From assembly GCA_965637545.1 (NCBI GenBank), contig OZ281495.1, positions 13,950,001 through 14,014,000 on the forward strand: 64,000 nucleotides of DNA, written 5' to 3'. Origin of the DNA: Phallusia mammillata. Lineage: Eukaryota. Each line of letters begins with the position of its first letter. Within the stretch, counting starts at the first letter, position 1. The translations under genes and the position numbers were made by a program. The notes beneath the pieces were generated by a model. The model was not told where the DNA came from. It ran no database searches and saw nothing but the letters and a program-made list of their open reading frames with translations. Below are positions 47,801 through 61,884 of the stretch, piece by piece.

Positions 47801-48456
47801 TCTTGTTTTAGAAGCAGTATTGGATCATTTCTTAACAGTATTATGTGGAGGCTCATCGCATTTGTCTTTCTCAATCGATTGTACACTTTTCATCTCAAAC
47901 AACGAGGAATCAGGGTACGAAATGGAATGCTGTTACTCATAACACTTGGTTTAATGTATATGTATGCTTGCCACATAATGACTGGTGTTTCCTACCATAG
48001 AATCATTGGGAGGCAGTAAATAAAAGACAAACTTCATATCGATGAATATCAATGTTGGCGAATTTTAGTTTTTTTGTAATATCACATAATTCACGTCCTA
48101 TAGGAACTTGTGGAATTTGTACCAATAACATTGTCCCCCAAATTTTGGGGCCCAAAAGATGGTCGTGTTTGCACATTTGCAGCACTACCAGCAGCGGATA
48201 AAAACATTTAGGCTTCTCTATGATACAGTTATACTATCATACAGAGTTTTGGCGTACTATAAGGCCACGTGATGATTTTTTGCTGAAAGGCGTTGGAAAA
48301 TTTTCTAGTTTGTATTTGACTGCGTTTCAGGTTTACTATTGGGTTCTCAACTCGGAGGCAGAGTTTGACAGGGCGGTGAGGTATGGAGCAGATGGAATCA
48401 TGACTGATTTTCCACAAAAACTCACCGATTGGATGATCGCCAAGAAAGTTCTTTGA
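44816..48456 (+). CDS. GDPD1: GDPD1/GDE4-like lysophospholipase D, copy B (intact)
   Basis: Same 8 exons as copy A; retains the canonical PINIDIK motif. Confidence 0.9.
45984..46382. mobile_element. hAT (Blackjack-like) MITE, copy B only
   Basis: TIR cagggttgcca / tggcaaccctg. aaataaggac repeats. 8-bp TSD tgtataac. Empty site in copy A at ~14446. Confidence 0.9.
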
Positions 48457-48612
48457 TCAAGTCTGACAAATATGCCAGATTGCCAGTTAACTTTTGTATT
48501 CGATTTAGGAAAATTCTCGTGTTAAATTTATCACTTCTTCAAGTATTAGTTTCAATACATATGCACTAACTGTTGTTTTAGGATATCAAATTTCTTCAGT
48601 TATGTTCTATAG

Positions 48613-49170
48613 CAGGGGCGGGCAACTTCTCCAGTCGGCGGGCCTGATATGGGAAAATGAAGTACTTGGCGGGCCGGATTCCTAAATCGATACATTAATC
48701 GCCTATTTATCCAGTGATTTAAAACGGATTTTTGACCACCTAAACCAAATACAATCAAGAACGTCACAATTACAGTACAGTCCAAACAATCTAACTGATA
48801 TAACATAAAATTATTCACCACAGCAAATTTAATGCATACACCACAGACTTGGATACTGCTGAAACACTAACTAGGCTACACGTGTGGAAACAAAGGAAAC
48901 CGTGAAAGCAGGCCACACACAAGGTCGGCAGTTATGTCGTAACAATGGATGTATGATGCAATGGTAACAACGGCGGGAAAGTTTTTTGCTATTGGGGAGC
49001 GTTACTGTCCGTTACAGCTATAATTTGACATAGTAAGCAAGTAGTGGGGGATTGCGGCAGACTGTGGTCGCGGGCCACATTATCATGTAAGACCAGAAAC
49101 TGTCTGCGGGCCGCTCAAAATCCCGTCGCGGGCCGGATCCGGCCCGCGGGCCGTATGTTGCCCGCCCCTG
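48613..49170. mobile_element. hAT-type MITE carrying an inverted BEL-LTR-derived segment, copy B only
   Basis: TIR caggggcgggcaac / gttgcccgcccctg. 8-bp TSD ttctatag. 48706-49016 is a diverged reverse complement of the LTR at 32903. Confidence 0.9.
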
Positions 49171-50790
49171 TTCTATAGGAAAGATCAGTTTCGCCCTTTA
49201 AGGACAAAACATTTTTGTACATTATATAGGTCTTGACTCAAATGAAAAGGTTGTTTGGTGGCAGTAAATTCGGCGTGTATCTAATCGAGAGACTTATGCT
49301 TTTCTTGCAGCAATAACAAGGATAAATTTTGTTTTCAATTTCCTGAAAAGTGAGGATTAAATGACACAAAAAGCAGTAAAATTTTCTATTGTCACCCTTG
49401 ACAAGGTTATGTGCGACACGTTCACAAACCAGTCCGGCATATTTACGCCATAGAAACTAAAAATTTTATTGTTGGTATACGAACTATAAAAGCTAAAAAA
49501 ATAATAATAGAATCAGAAAACAGTTTTAGTTGCTAAAAATACAACAACAGCGCCATTGAAATGCTTCATGGACCTAATTTCAATAGACCTATGAATGATA
49601 CAAAAACATAAGATCGAAACCACTTTGAATAGATTCTTGCAAACCGCATGGTCATATCCAACACTTCTTTATGGATGCAAAAGCTTTAGAAAAGTAAGCG
49701 CCTTAAGTGTGAGATATTTAAGTAAAATACGTTATTTCTAAACCTACGTTCTAAGCAATCCATACCTAATAAAAGTGATGTCTGGATTTTGGTATTGATT
49801 TATGCAAAATAATCTGTGGAGTCAAGAACCAGTATTTATTATACACTGACCAGCGGAGTCAGTTTTGGATAGCCCGCAATATATATAGAAAGAAAGGTTT
49901 TGCTTGATCCATTAAACACGGAAGTTATTTTCCCCAACCTGCGATGACTCCCAGCAGCCGTTCTTCTGGAATATTCTTTACAGGTGGCCTAAACTTTCTA
50001 CTCCCAAGTTAGTGCATGAAACGTCGAAATAAGGAAAGCTCTGAAAAAGCAGTTTATGCAGTCTCTGTGAATATTGCAATTGTCAACGCAGGCCTAAATA
50101 GAAAATTCAGGTGAAAACTGGCGAAAAGAAGTCTTCAGCCCAAAATGCGCAATAACTCTGTAGTTTTTTTTTGGAAAAAACGGCGTTGTGTGTACAAAAA
50201 AAATGTTTGTGTAGTTGTAGAAGTGTCCATAAGCATTGCAGGGCTCGGGTTCTGAGCAGTTGTGAAGATTTGTTCGAATTTGTTTGATATGTATTGTACA
50301 TTGATGCCTTTGAATGTAAATAGTTAAAAAATTACGTCACGTTTCAGCACGGGTAAAACTAATGGCGTACTATTCTTACCTAATATAAACATGTCCCGAG
50401 TATAGGCTGCTGATGTGGGTTTGAATGTTATAACAGGCCTAATTTTTTTATCCAGCGGCTCCCATATGGGTTGGTGACCGGTTGATTCCTATAACGCCTT
50501 CAAAAAGCTTGGCTAGGATTTGTATATGAGTGTGCCGTGTGTGTGAATGTTTTAGGACTAATCCTACTCATGAATTTATGTTCTTCCTAACATGTACCAT
50601 ACTATCATAAACAACAATGCTCTTGAAAATACGACAATAAATGTACTCAATAAATACTGAGGCTGACATATTGACTGTGTTTCAGGGTTTAAATGTTTTT
50701 AATGTGTACCATCCTCAAATACTAAACAAAGTTTGATACTGTGAAGAGCACTGTTTTGCACTGGAAGAACAACGCAGATTATCAGAAACG

Positions 50791-53700
50791 ATGCAGGCAA
50801 AACTGAGTAAGTTTGAACAAAGGGAAGCAAAACCAGGAAGTAGGGGATTCATCGCAAGCTTTTGCGCTGACGAAGCACCGAAGTTTTAATAGGCTAAAAC
50901 ACCTCTGCCGATTGAGCTTATTTACAAAACTTCCTGTTTTGGCCTGAACTGCTTTTCAAATTTGTTTGAAACTATAGTTCTTTAATAATCATATGTAAGC
51001 ACGGTTGAAGTTGTACTAACGACCAATAACAAGAAAATCTATTTTATTTCACTTTACAAAAAAAAAGAATGTTTTTAACGTGGGTTCGGTGTATTAATAC
51101 AAGGTACCAATCACAATGCAAAACCATAAAGTAGCAGAATATTCAGCAATAACATGTAAATTAATGTAACTTATAGTTTACAAAAGCAGAAAAATGAAGA
51201 TGATAAACTAGACCCACAGGATATTTTTAGCTGCTAACTAATAATGTAAATTGTAAATAGGTACCTCAACCTGCGACAATAGAATTCTAGAAAATAAAAT
51301 CAATATTGCATTTTCCTAATAAAAACGAATTTGTTACCTCACTTTTTTAGAAAACGAAGAAGTTACTCTGGCAACGGAATTAAAAGCCGCGTGTGATTCC
51401 CAAGGTATAGAAGTAGATTTGAAAAAATCTTCGTCCATTTTTTTGCAACTGGGAAATGTTTACTACCAAAAGTTTTCTAACAACTCGGATCTCACTACGG
51501 CGAGATTTGGTGCCCTCCGAAGTGCTGCCTTGTACCAAGCCGTACTGCAAAGATCAGGTCCGAATTCAGATATCAACAAAAAAGCAACCAAAAAGTTACA
51601 CACATTGTATGGGGCAATATTATCTTCAATTGACTTTAAAGAAAGTGATACTAAGGTTGAATCGATTGTAAACTCTGCCAAACTAATGTTACGAAAGATG
51701 CGAGTGACATTAGAGTTGCAATTTAACAGAATAAAAATACCATTTAAAACTTATTCGCAAATCACAAGGCAACAACTGGCCAAATTTTGTAACAAAATGG
51801 AATCGTACCAAAATGATGTTTCAGATCATTTTACAAAACTTATGAAATACATTTTTGATCACTGCTCAACCTTTGCTGGTAAACCGCCATGTTCGTTTGC
51901 TGTGTTGGGTTTGGGATCCCTGGCCAGACTTGAGGTCACACCTTTTTCTGACTTTGAGAGCATGCTCGTGTTGGAAAACCAAGCGAAAGTCGACGAAACC
52001 GCCAGGAACTACTTTCGAAATTATGCGATGCTGGCGCACCTCATCGTCATAGGATTGGGAGAGACCATTCTCCCAGCAATGGCAATACCGTCCTTAAACG
52101 ATTTCCAAACAGATGGTGGCGACTGGTTTGTTGATTTGGTTACTAAGCGCGGTCTCTCATTTGATGGTCTCATACCGCATGCCTGCAAGAATCCGCTGGG
52201 AAGACTGCCAACGAAAAACAAACCTTGGCACACAGAGCTCATACAAACTGTCGACAATATGTTGCGGTTTGTTGACGTAGACATTGAACTGAAAGAAGGG
52301 TTCCATTTAACGGAGATAATTTCGCAGTCAGTTTATGTGGCCGGTGGGGACAAAAATGGACACCCGTCCGGAAAAAGCGTAGGAACCACTTTTCAAAACC
52401 TTGTGTGGAACAAACTTTCACAAAAAACGAAATCACCTGAGGACAGACAGAAAACCATCGCAACTTTAAACGAGGACATAAGAATATACAACTTTCAAAA
52501 CCTTAAACATGGCCAATCAGTCAATGTTAAAAAAGACTTGTACAGGGGAATCACTATTCTGCTTCCCAGATTGGCCATGTTATTTGGAATTAAAAGAAGT
52601 TCCTCTTACGATATTCTCCGTGGCTTACGCACCATAAACATGATTGATGATGAATATTGTACCGATCTCCGAACAGCAGTTGCTATTGCCAATTTCTCTC
52701 GTGCCAAGACGTACTTTGACAAAGGTGCTCAATGGGACGCATTAGCTGGTGGTAAGTCTTGTTTTGCCAAGAAGAAACAGAGAAATGTTTTAGAAACCGT
52801 TTCTTTGAAGGCACTGTAGCATTTATTTTGCGTCGGAACAGAGTTTCAATCATCCATTGTTACAACGTTAAAAGGCAGTGACAAATTCGAACCATTAACA
52901 AGATCGGGGAAAAAACTTACCCTCGGCAGTGTGCTTTTTCGATTTGAAGAGTACGATCAAGCCATTGCGTTTTTTCACGAGCAATTACAAAATCTTGCTG
53001 AAACGGAACAAGGTCATTCAACCGATATGTCCGATACCCATTTGATGCTGGGAAGATGCTTTTATAGTAAAAGTCAGCACGAGACTGCGTGTCGCCACTT
53101 TAACGAAGCCGAAAGGTTTTGTGAAGACAGCAAATGCTTTGCCATGGGACGAATCCTGCTATTTCGAGCACTTAGTGAAAGAAAATTACGAGGAGCAGAC
53201 ACTGTCAACAGCCTGATGAAACGTGCTCACGAATTTTTCATTTAATCAAACTCTTCTCTGTCCAGCGATGAAGGAACCTACAGCGCACAGTCTTTTGTTG
53301 AAACGCTTCAGGAACTCTGTCGAGAAAATTCTGATTTAGTACCTGAGTTGATCGAGGTAATGGTCATAACGGGCGACCGTTTCTTACAGGAAAGCAAGTC
53401 ACCGTTTTTAGCTCTTCAGCAGTACGAAACAGCGGCATTTGAAATGGAAAAGTACTACAAGGATGACAGGCATATTTTGCTTAATTTGTATGTAAAAGAA
53501 GCAATAGCCGTGTGCCAAGGGGACCTTGGCCAATACGACAAGGCCGTAAATACATGGCTCGAAGTAATTGCAAGAACCAAACAATTACCTCTCGAGGCTA
53601 TCGATGACATCTCATTTAAACGAGGTTTCAAGCCCCACGATTCTCTGATAAACCATTTGCCAAAAATCAAACTTGCCTTATTTGGATTAAAGAGTCACGA

Positions 53701-56698
53701 CAAAGCAATTGTCGATTGTGGTTCTATCGTCAGGTTGATTAATAATTTGGCCGAGAGTACAAGGAAGTATAGCTTGCTTTCTCGCATTCAAGCACGGGTA
53801 TACGATATACTAGGAGAACTTTACGAACGGGACAACATGTACGATAAAGCAATTGACAGCTACGCTCTGGCAAGATCCAACTTTAGACGGTTGTATCAAC
53901 AAACTAACTTTACAACGGAATCGAAACTGAATCGCTGTTATTTCAAGGGGGGGTATTATTTGAAAGCTGTTCAGAATTTCAAACATTACCTTACAGAATG
54001 CTTAAGAAAGTGTTCCCCTATTAACGAGAACGCAATTCAAATTCTTTTGGATTTATTAAACTGCTACAAAGTTGTAAAAGATAGCGTACTACTCGAAGAA
54101 TTACTAACTGCTGTCTCTGGACTGTTGACTTTGCTAAAGAAGTCTGACGGCAACTTGGATATCATAACAACGTTTTTCAACCAACTAATTGGGATTACGA
54201 CATTCACCAGCACGGAATTAATCAAAGTTATAACTCTACTCAAACAAGCAGCGTTTCTTTTTTGGCGACAACTTGGTGAGTATTTTGCAAGATTAGTAGA
54301 AAGGGCGACGGCTTTAGTTTGCACAACGGAAACCCCCGATATAAAGGAGTTTGCAAGTTTTCTGTGTAAATCTGTTGAAAAAATCTTGAAGATGTCTCCC
54401 CAACTGGCCTTTAACAGACAAACGACTATGATGATACGAACCACTCTGGAAACCATTGATACTGAAAGAAGACAATTCGCTATTTTGTGTGTTAGCGAAA
54501 TGGAAGATCACATTTATCTGCGAACAGCATTGATCAACTATTACACAAATATAGGTGATGTATCAGATGCATTAGAAGCATTGGAGCCAACGTCACCAAG
54601 CGGAGGTAAATCGGTGTTTTTTCTCAGACTCTCAGCAGCCGAGTCCCTCAGAAAAGACGAAAAGCTTCCAGAAGCAATGCTTGCTTGCAACTTGGCGTTA
54701 ACAGCCGTTGCTGACATTACATCTATTTCGCACTTTGAAAGGGGTTTCTTACATGCCAAGGCAATGTCGCCGATCGCACGAATTTTTGCTCAACAAAATC
54801 AGACAGGGGCGGCTTACCGTGCTTGTAAACAATCCATTGACTTTCTACGATCGCTTCCAATCAAACAGGAATTCGCAGTTGACCAATACATAGCACTATT
54901 GTTTGACGTAGCAGAGATGAGTAAGGCGCTTGGGGTAACTTACAAATTTTACTACCACGGCCAAGCTTTGGTCGGTCAAATCGCTTCTTTGTCTTTAAAC
55001 CATACAAACAATACAAATTTGCTGTTGCTTTTGGAAATTACAAACCCGTTGTTTAGCGAGCTGCAAACAGTTATATCAAGTCAACTTCAACTTCTTCGTA
55101 AAGTCAGTCAGTCGCCGGCTTTCATTAATTGGAGGCATCAGGGTAATGAAAAAGCGGCAGTAGACCTGGTTTCAGTCTTGCTTACACGCATTTTTACAAC
55201 TTTCAAATACCTGTCAGAAGATGTCAACCCCGAACCTCTATTTAAAGCATTACGGGACACCATTGAGCACGATTTGATTCCGTGTGCTAAACTTCCAAGC
55301 AAGGAGGAAACGCAGGTCAGTTAAACATAATCAACACTAAATACCAGGGCTACTTAAATAATGTTGTCATTGGTCCACAAGCGAAAGGTACAAATCAACG
55401 AGCTCCTTTTTGTGCTAGCACTTCAAGTTGATGGCGGTTTGAGAGCGACGAAAATTTTCGTTGCGATTTGATAGGAGATGTCATTTTTGTTTGTCTTTAA
55501 TAGTTTGAACTCGCCGAATTGAAGAGGTTTTTAATTTGTTTAAGTTTAGTTCCCAGGTTATTGGCACAACATTGGCAAATTTCAGATTTGTTTTAGGATT
55601 AGTTGGATATCGTAGTTCTATGTCTAAGGGCTTATATTTTTGTTTCTAGATCAGGGACTTTTAAGCCTCCTTTATTTTTTTACATCAACCATCTGTAAAA
55701 GTTTCATCCAAAAACATCAAACATTTTATTGAACAAAAGAGGGTGAACAAACTGCAGGAAACAAAACAACAAAACATATCGAGTAACAATCAAAATATGT
55801 CCCCTTCCCACCGTAAAGGCCTGCAAACAACCTATAAATTTTTTGGTGTCTTTAACTTATGCCACACAAAGTAAACATTTGTTTGCATTGTAGGCTATAT
55901 GCAGCCATACTATTTCTGTTACTTTCTTAAGTGTATAAAATGACTTTCGGTTGTACCTTTGTGGATTCAAACCAACGCGTTTTGCAGGAGTCGGTCCGCG
56001 TTCTATCACAGAAAATTCCACTGATGAAGTTCATCGAAACGCAACTAATCGTGGCGACAATGTACAAGAGAGCTGGTCGTGCGTCAGACTCCAAAATTTG
56101 GTTCAAAGCAGCGTTGAAAGATATTCAAAGCAATGAACCAATTTATTCCCACATCAGCAAGAGGTGCATATTTAATTTGTTACGGGATTAAAAGTTTTGC
56201 ATGTGTGAAAATTTTCGAGGTCTTCGAGCAAAAATGCCTAACTTCACCATGTTTATGTATGACTTATCCCGCTTAACCTAAACCCGACTCTTCAATGTTT
56301 TTTTTTTACTTAACAACTTCCGAAAGTGTGTCAAGATTAACTTTAGTATTATCTTATATAGTTACACACAATGTCTGATGGGCCTCAGCTGGTGCGGCAT
56401 GGAGTTGAAAAAAGTCGACAAAGCTTGGGAGCACTTGATAACGGCATTTGAGGTGTCTTTAAGAGTCGCCAACGACACATCGCGACATTTGGAGATGACA
56501 AGCATTTGCCGAACGGAAACACGCACGAAGCAAACCTGGGACGATGCCATGTCCTATTTGACCGACTTTACAGAAGTTAAAGCTATTTGTAGTGACTTAA
56601 AACGGCGGAGAAGCACGACAAAAAAGCGGTTTCAAGTCGGTGCTGAAACGAGCCGAAGCAAGTCGTTTGTGGTATTAAGACCGTCGTGTGTCAAGTAG
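50791..56698 (+). pseudogene. NTase-TPR gene, copy B, two in-frame nonsense codons
   Basis: The large exon 51351-55315 has no insertion. It has CAG>TAG at 52817-52819 and CAA>TAA at 53243-53245 relative to copy A. The repaired model is ~1,497 aa. Confidence 0.82.
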
Positions 56699-57735
56699 TT
56701 ACAATATTTCGATTGAAAATTGTCACGCCACTTACTTGTTTCCTTAAAATGCAACACAAGCAAACCTGCCAGATTTGTTTATTCGACTGTCGAAAGTAGT
56801 AAGAAACCGTTGCTTAAAATTTTGTTTTAAGTTGTTTACGAATCATCTATTTCCAAAGAAATACGACTCAAACGCATGCTCTATTGGCTTTACACTGCGT
56901 ACTGTTGTGTTTGATTAAAATGCAAAACCTATTTTCATGCTATCACGTTTTTGCGACATGTCATTACACTGTTTGCATATTTAGTTGTGTCGCGTTTGGA
57001 AATGTCACATAGCCGATGAATCAGATTAGCTGAATCTGGTAGGCGCGTGTCTCGAGTTAGCCCCAAGGGAAAAAGTCTCAACTGCAGCTAGTCCACTCCA
57101 CGCTTTTACTGCGGCTGCAACTAAACTGTAGGGCAGGAATCGTTTTAAACAGCCCCTTTGTCGAGCAGACGTCACTCGTATCGCGGATGATGACGCATGC
57201 GATTCTCGCAACTAACGTGCCATATCCTGTGCGCACTGACAACAGCATATTTACAGTGCAAGCCGGACTTAGCAGACTAAAACGAAAAATCGACAGCAGC
57301 AGCAAGCACTTTTTGCCAGTCAGCTTTATGAGACATAAGCGACCTCGTTAGTACGGTCAAAAGGCTGAGTAAACATCATTAGGTTTATTTAGGTCAGAAA
57401 CAGAAACGCCCTTAAGTGAAGGTCCACTGAGTAAAATAACCTTGGTCTATGATTTTGATGTACTGTACCAGCAGAGTCGATTTGCAGGTAGTTTTGCGCA
57501 GGAAAATAACTTGATCGGTATTTGAGAAGGCGCTACTTTTGACTGCGCCAAGTATCACATAACTCTTTAAAGTGGCACCTGGTCAGTTCAAGTAATAAAG
57601 TGTAGCTAAAGGGCGACTTCATCCAGTAAAAACGCCTGAAGCAATGACACAAGGATGACGTAATGTTACTTTAAACGCGTGTCCTTTGTCAGGTCTTAAA
57701 CAGAGGCTGGTAACAGGAACATTGTAGTGTCAAAA

Positions 57736-59307
57736 ATGGCGGCCTTGCAATCTGGCCGAAAATTGCGCACAGTATTTGTGGTGACCAGACACGGTCAACG
57801 AACGCCCTGCTTTGTCAAAGAGTTCAACGTGCTTAACGAAGCGTTGCAAGACGACCTGCTTACTCATCCGTGTCACGCCATAGTACCTATAGAACTGCGC
57901 AGCTTAGAAGGGGGACCAGCTCCGACTAGTGTATTTGATAAAATGCACAAAGAAAACGGATTTTTGTATGGTGGTACTTGCCTTTCTGGACAGTTGACCG
58001 GTAAAGGCGCCGACGCACAGTTTAGAATTGGAAAATGGCTTCGTAAACGCTACGTGGAAGATGATAAGTTGATATCGCAGGAATATGTGGAAGAGGAGAT
58101 TTTTGTGCGATCCAGCAACATGAGGAGGACTGTGCTGTCTGCCAGAAGCGTTTTAGCAGGTCGTTATAGAAATGTTTTTTAATGCTAACCTCGTATCATG
58201 CATAAAAATGAGTATACGTTCAAACAGCTAATATCAAAACACGTTTTGCGAAGGTTTGTATCCTGGTCACCATAAACAAAAGATTCCCATTCATGTAACT
58301 ACGTTTGAAGAGGAAATTATTCAGCCGAAAACAGCCTACTCTTTGTCTTTCCGTAACCAGGAACTTGTTGAAAGCAAAGAAGCGAAGAAACTTGTAAGCA
58401 AAAAGCCACACTGTATAATTTGAATATGATGCCTTAAATTTGATTACTTTTAAGGGTGAAGAAATTGGAGAATTTCTTCAAACAGATACTGAAGTGGATG
58501 TATTCTGTTTGGCAGACAACGTTTTGTCTCTGGAAGAACTTGGCCTGAAAAGCAAAGTCATGGAATCGCCTTTGTGGAACAAAGCTTATGGGATTGCTAA
58601 ACGATTTATGCAATCATATGCTGTTGGGACAAACGGGCGAGAGTGAGTGAAAACGCTTGTCTATGCGTTACTTTATGGTTATTATACCTTTAGGACTAAG
58701 GACTGTACGGTTTTTGTTTTCAAACTCCTTTAAAATTTAATCGTCTGTTTTGTTTATTTACAAATGCAAACATAGCGGGTAAACATTTGTAATATCTTAT
58801 TTTTGTTGTCCGAAAAGATACTTTTATGGACATAAATTAGTTATTTGCTTTAGATTTTTTAAGGAATATTCCAGGGCAGGTACAGATTGTAAATAGAGTT
58901 ATTTTTCTAACAGACGTGAAGCATTGCAATCTGGATTTGGAGCGCTACTGGATTTCATCGTCACAAACATACAAGGTGTACTAGAAGAAAAAATCTCTCA
59001 CAAATTGTTTTTGATAGGCGGCCACGATCAAACCGTGTTACGTACTCTGCAGTCAGTCGGATTATCCGAAAATGACCTGCCGCCAACCAATTCTAAAGTG
59101 ATTATTGAAGTCTATGACAAAGACCTTGAAACATCCCCGACGCAACACGTCAGCGTTAAGTTCTACAGAAGTGAAGAAAACCAACTTCCACAGAAGGAAA
59201 AAGATTTTACAGTTGAGGAATTTATAAAGACCGTGTCTCCATATCGCATAACTTTGGATGAATACGTGCAGCGGTGTAAACGATTTGACCGCAACAACCA
59301 ACCTTAG
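57736..59307 (+). CDS. ACP6: Lysophosphatidic acid phosphatase ACP6-like histidine phosphatase, 4 exons, copy B (intact)
   Basis: RHGQRTP, GGPAPTSVFD, GQLTGKG, LRKRYVED, RSSN.RRTV.SAR.VLAG, REALQ and GHDQT. Splice phases (1,0,2) join in frame. Confidence 0.88.
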
Positions 59308-59863
59308 CCCCTTAACGACGACCATATAACTCAGTGTATATAGGAAAAAAATATTTGGTACGCGTCGGCTATTATAAAGCATTTGGAGAGAAGACACAAT
59401 ATTTGCACCCCATTTTTTATCGCATTTTGGGAGGTACTTGCCCGCTGCGACGAATTCGGCACATTCGTCCATCAAGATAAAAAGAATTGCAAACATTTTC
59501 GCATATGCATCTCGTAATTATTCGTACACTATTAGGTTTGAATAAAAAGGTTTGCATTATTACGTAATCATATCGACAAGGATGATACCGAAACCAGTTT
59601 ATGATGTCACATACTTCTGTGACGTCATAATTTATTCAAATCCCGTTATTTTATGTCAAATTTGTTTCGTTTGAAACCACTTCGAGATTGCCTTTTCAAT
59701 ATTCGTCACCTTCTTTTTGTGCGTTTCTAATAAAAGCGAAACGAACCGTCCCAGTCGGCATAGATTTTAATATTTTCAAATATGCAATTTTACGACAAAT
59801 GCAAAGTAAGTACACTTGTTCTAGAACATATGTATTAAGCTAACAAGCTTCGATAGTCGGCCT

Positions 59864-61055
59864 ATGGAACACATAGACCTCACTATGGAACACATAGAGC
59901 AGAAGGCACTTACAACCTTCCACACGTCGCCGCGGCTATGGCTTCGATACGTTGATGACACGTACGACAGTAAAATTACCGACAGTAACGTGGTCCACAC
60001 ATTTCACACACACCTGAACACCATATCACCTACAATAGCTTTCACCGTGGAAACCGAACAACACGATACCATTGCGTTTTTGGATGTGGCTGTCACTAGG
60101 CAGCCAGACCAAAAGCTCACCACAAACATTTACAAGAAGCCCACCAACACTGATCGCTACCTACACTACACGTCTTACCATCCACGGCACCAAAAACTTA
60201 CAGTCGCCAAAACGCTTTACGCCAGAGCCACAACTCACATCAAGGATATGGCTATTCACAAACACGAATGCAAAAATATTGCACGCGTGTTAAAGAATAA
60301 CGGTTTCCCGCGCAACTTACACCACATGACCCATATCACAACCACCTCACAAAACAGACAGTTTAAATCATTCACTTGCTTACCTTAGGTCCAGGGTGTA
60401 TCGGAGCGCCTAAAACGAATATTGAACGATGCTGGGGTAAAAGTGGCAATGAAACCCTTTAAACCGATTGGACAGTTGTTAACAAAACCAAAAGATGCCA
60501 CTATACCACAACATCGTACAGGAGTTGTTCACCAGGTCCCTTGCCGTGATTGTGATATGCCGGGTATACATTGGTCAAACTAAGCGGAATCTAAATTCAC
60601 GTCTCAAGGAACACAAAGTGGCAGTCAAAAACATGGATGTTAACAAGTCCGCCTTATGCGAACACGTTTTTGTATGTGATCACTGCATCAATTGGAAGTT
60701 TTTAAACAGGAACCTAATTGGTCGAAAAGTTTGGTCTTTGAAAGTTGCCACATAAATTCTAATCCAAATGTTTTAAACCGTAACGACGGCAAAAACCTCA
60801 GCGCAGTTTTCCGCGACATTTTGCGTCCGACTTCCTCTTCAAATATCGGACATTAGTTACGCACTGTCACAATATAGCACACTCAACCCATCACGGAAAG
60901 CCTTTGTTCTCTTATAATTACTTTACGCTATATCCCGCTGCGCTTGTGCATTTTCGCTTGTGGTGCTCGCATTATTTCGTTTATTGCTCTGATGAAGCCC
61001 TACCGTTCTGGGCGAAACGTTAGCGAAATACAAGTTATTAAAAACAACAATTAGT
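59864..61055 (+). mobile_element. Penelope-like RT/GIY-YIG fragment, array unit 1 (YVDD retained)
   Basis: PRLWLRYVDDT, thumb motifs, an in-frame TAG, a frameshifted GIY-YIG, and a hammerhead at the 3' end. Confidence 0.88.
60982..61030 (+). ncRNA. Minimal hammerhead ribozyme, unit 1
   Basis: Same sequence as 30474-30522; CTGATGA at 60989. Confidence 0.8.
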
Positions 61056-61884
61056 ATTTTGTTTAGCATTACACCAGTTGAACGACAAATTTGTTAAAGA
61101 AACGCGTGGTGGTAAACTTTTGTTGGAGACCGCTGTGAAAGCCCTTTAAATGTTTTTTTTCGTTTGGCCAAATTGGATGCAAACGATAAACCTGGTAATC
61201 GTAGGTAAAAATGTTTAGAAAAAGGGACAAAACAAAGTATACGGGTTTAGACGCCGAAGACGATTGTGCACAAGAAAATACAACTCACCAGTACCAGAGA
61301 AATTTACAAAAACAAACAAACAAACATTTGTCTAACTGTCGATTTTGCCTTTTTTTTAAGAGTTTCTACCTTTATTCTTTTATGCGTTATTATTGTAAAG
61401 GAGATCCATACAACTTGCAGGACGTTTTTAGCACAGCATGTAGATTGTAGAGAATTACAACAAAACCAGTCATTTGTTTTGGATGTTCTGTTTCTGTGTA
61501 GGGAGGGAGTTGAACCCAAAGTCTCTCTATCAAACACAAGTTGTCGCACGAGAATTCATGGAGCGTGAAATGGGGCGACATTACGTAATCATATCGACAA
61601 GGATGATACCGAAACCAGTTTATGATGTCACATACTTCTGTGACGTCATAATTTATTCAAATCCCGTTATTTTATGTCAAATTTGTTTCGTTTGAAACCA
61701 CTTCGAGATTGCCTTTTCAATATTCGTCACCTTCTTTTTGTGCGTTTCTAATAAAAGCGAAACGAACCGTCCCAGTCGGCATAGATTTTAATATTTTCAA
61801 ATATGCAATTTTACGACAAATGCAAAGTAAGTACACTTGTTCTAGGACATATGTATTAAGCTAACAAGCTTCGATAGTCGGCCT

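Larger units (their letters stand above)
39301..61579 (+). repeat. Segmental duplication, copy B
   Basis: Colinear with 7752-31075; same four genes and same PLE fragment, with different MITE insertions. Confidence 0.95.
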
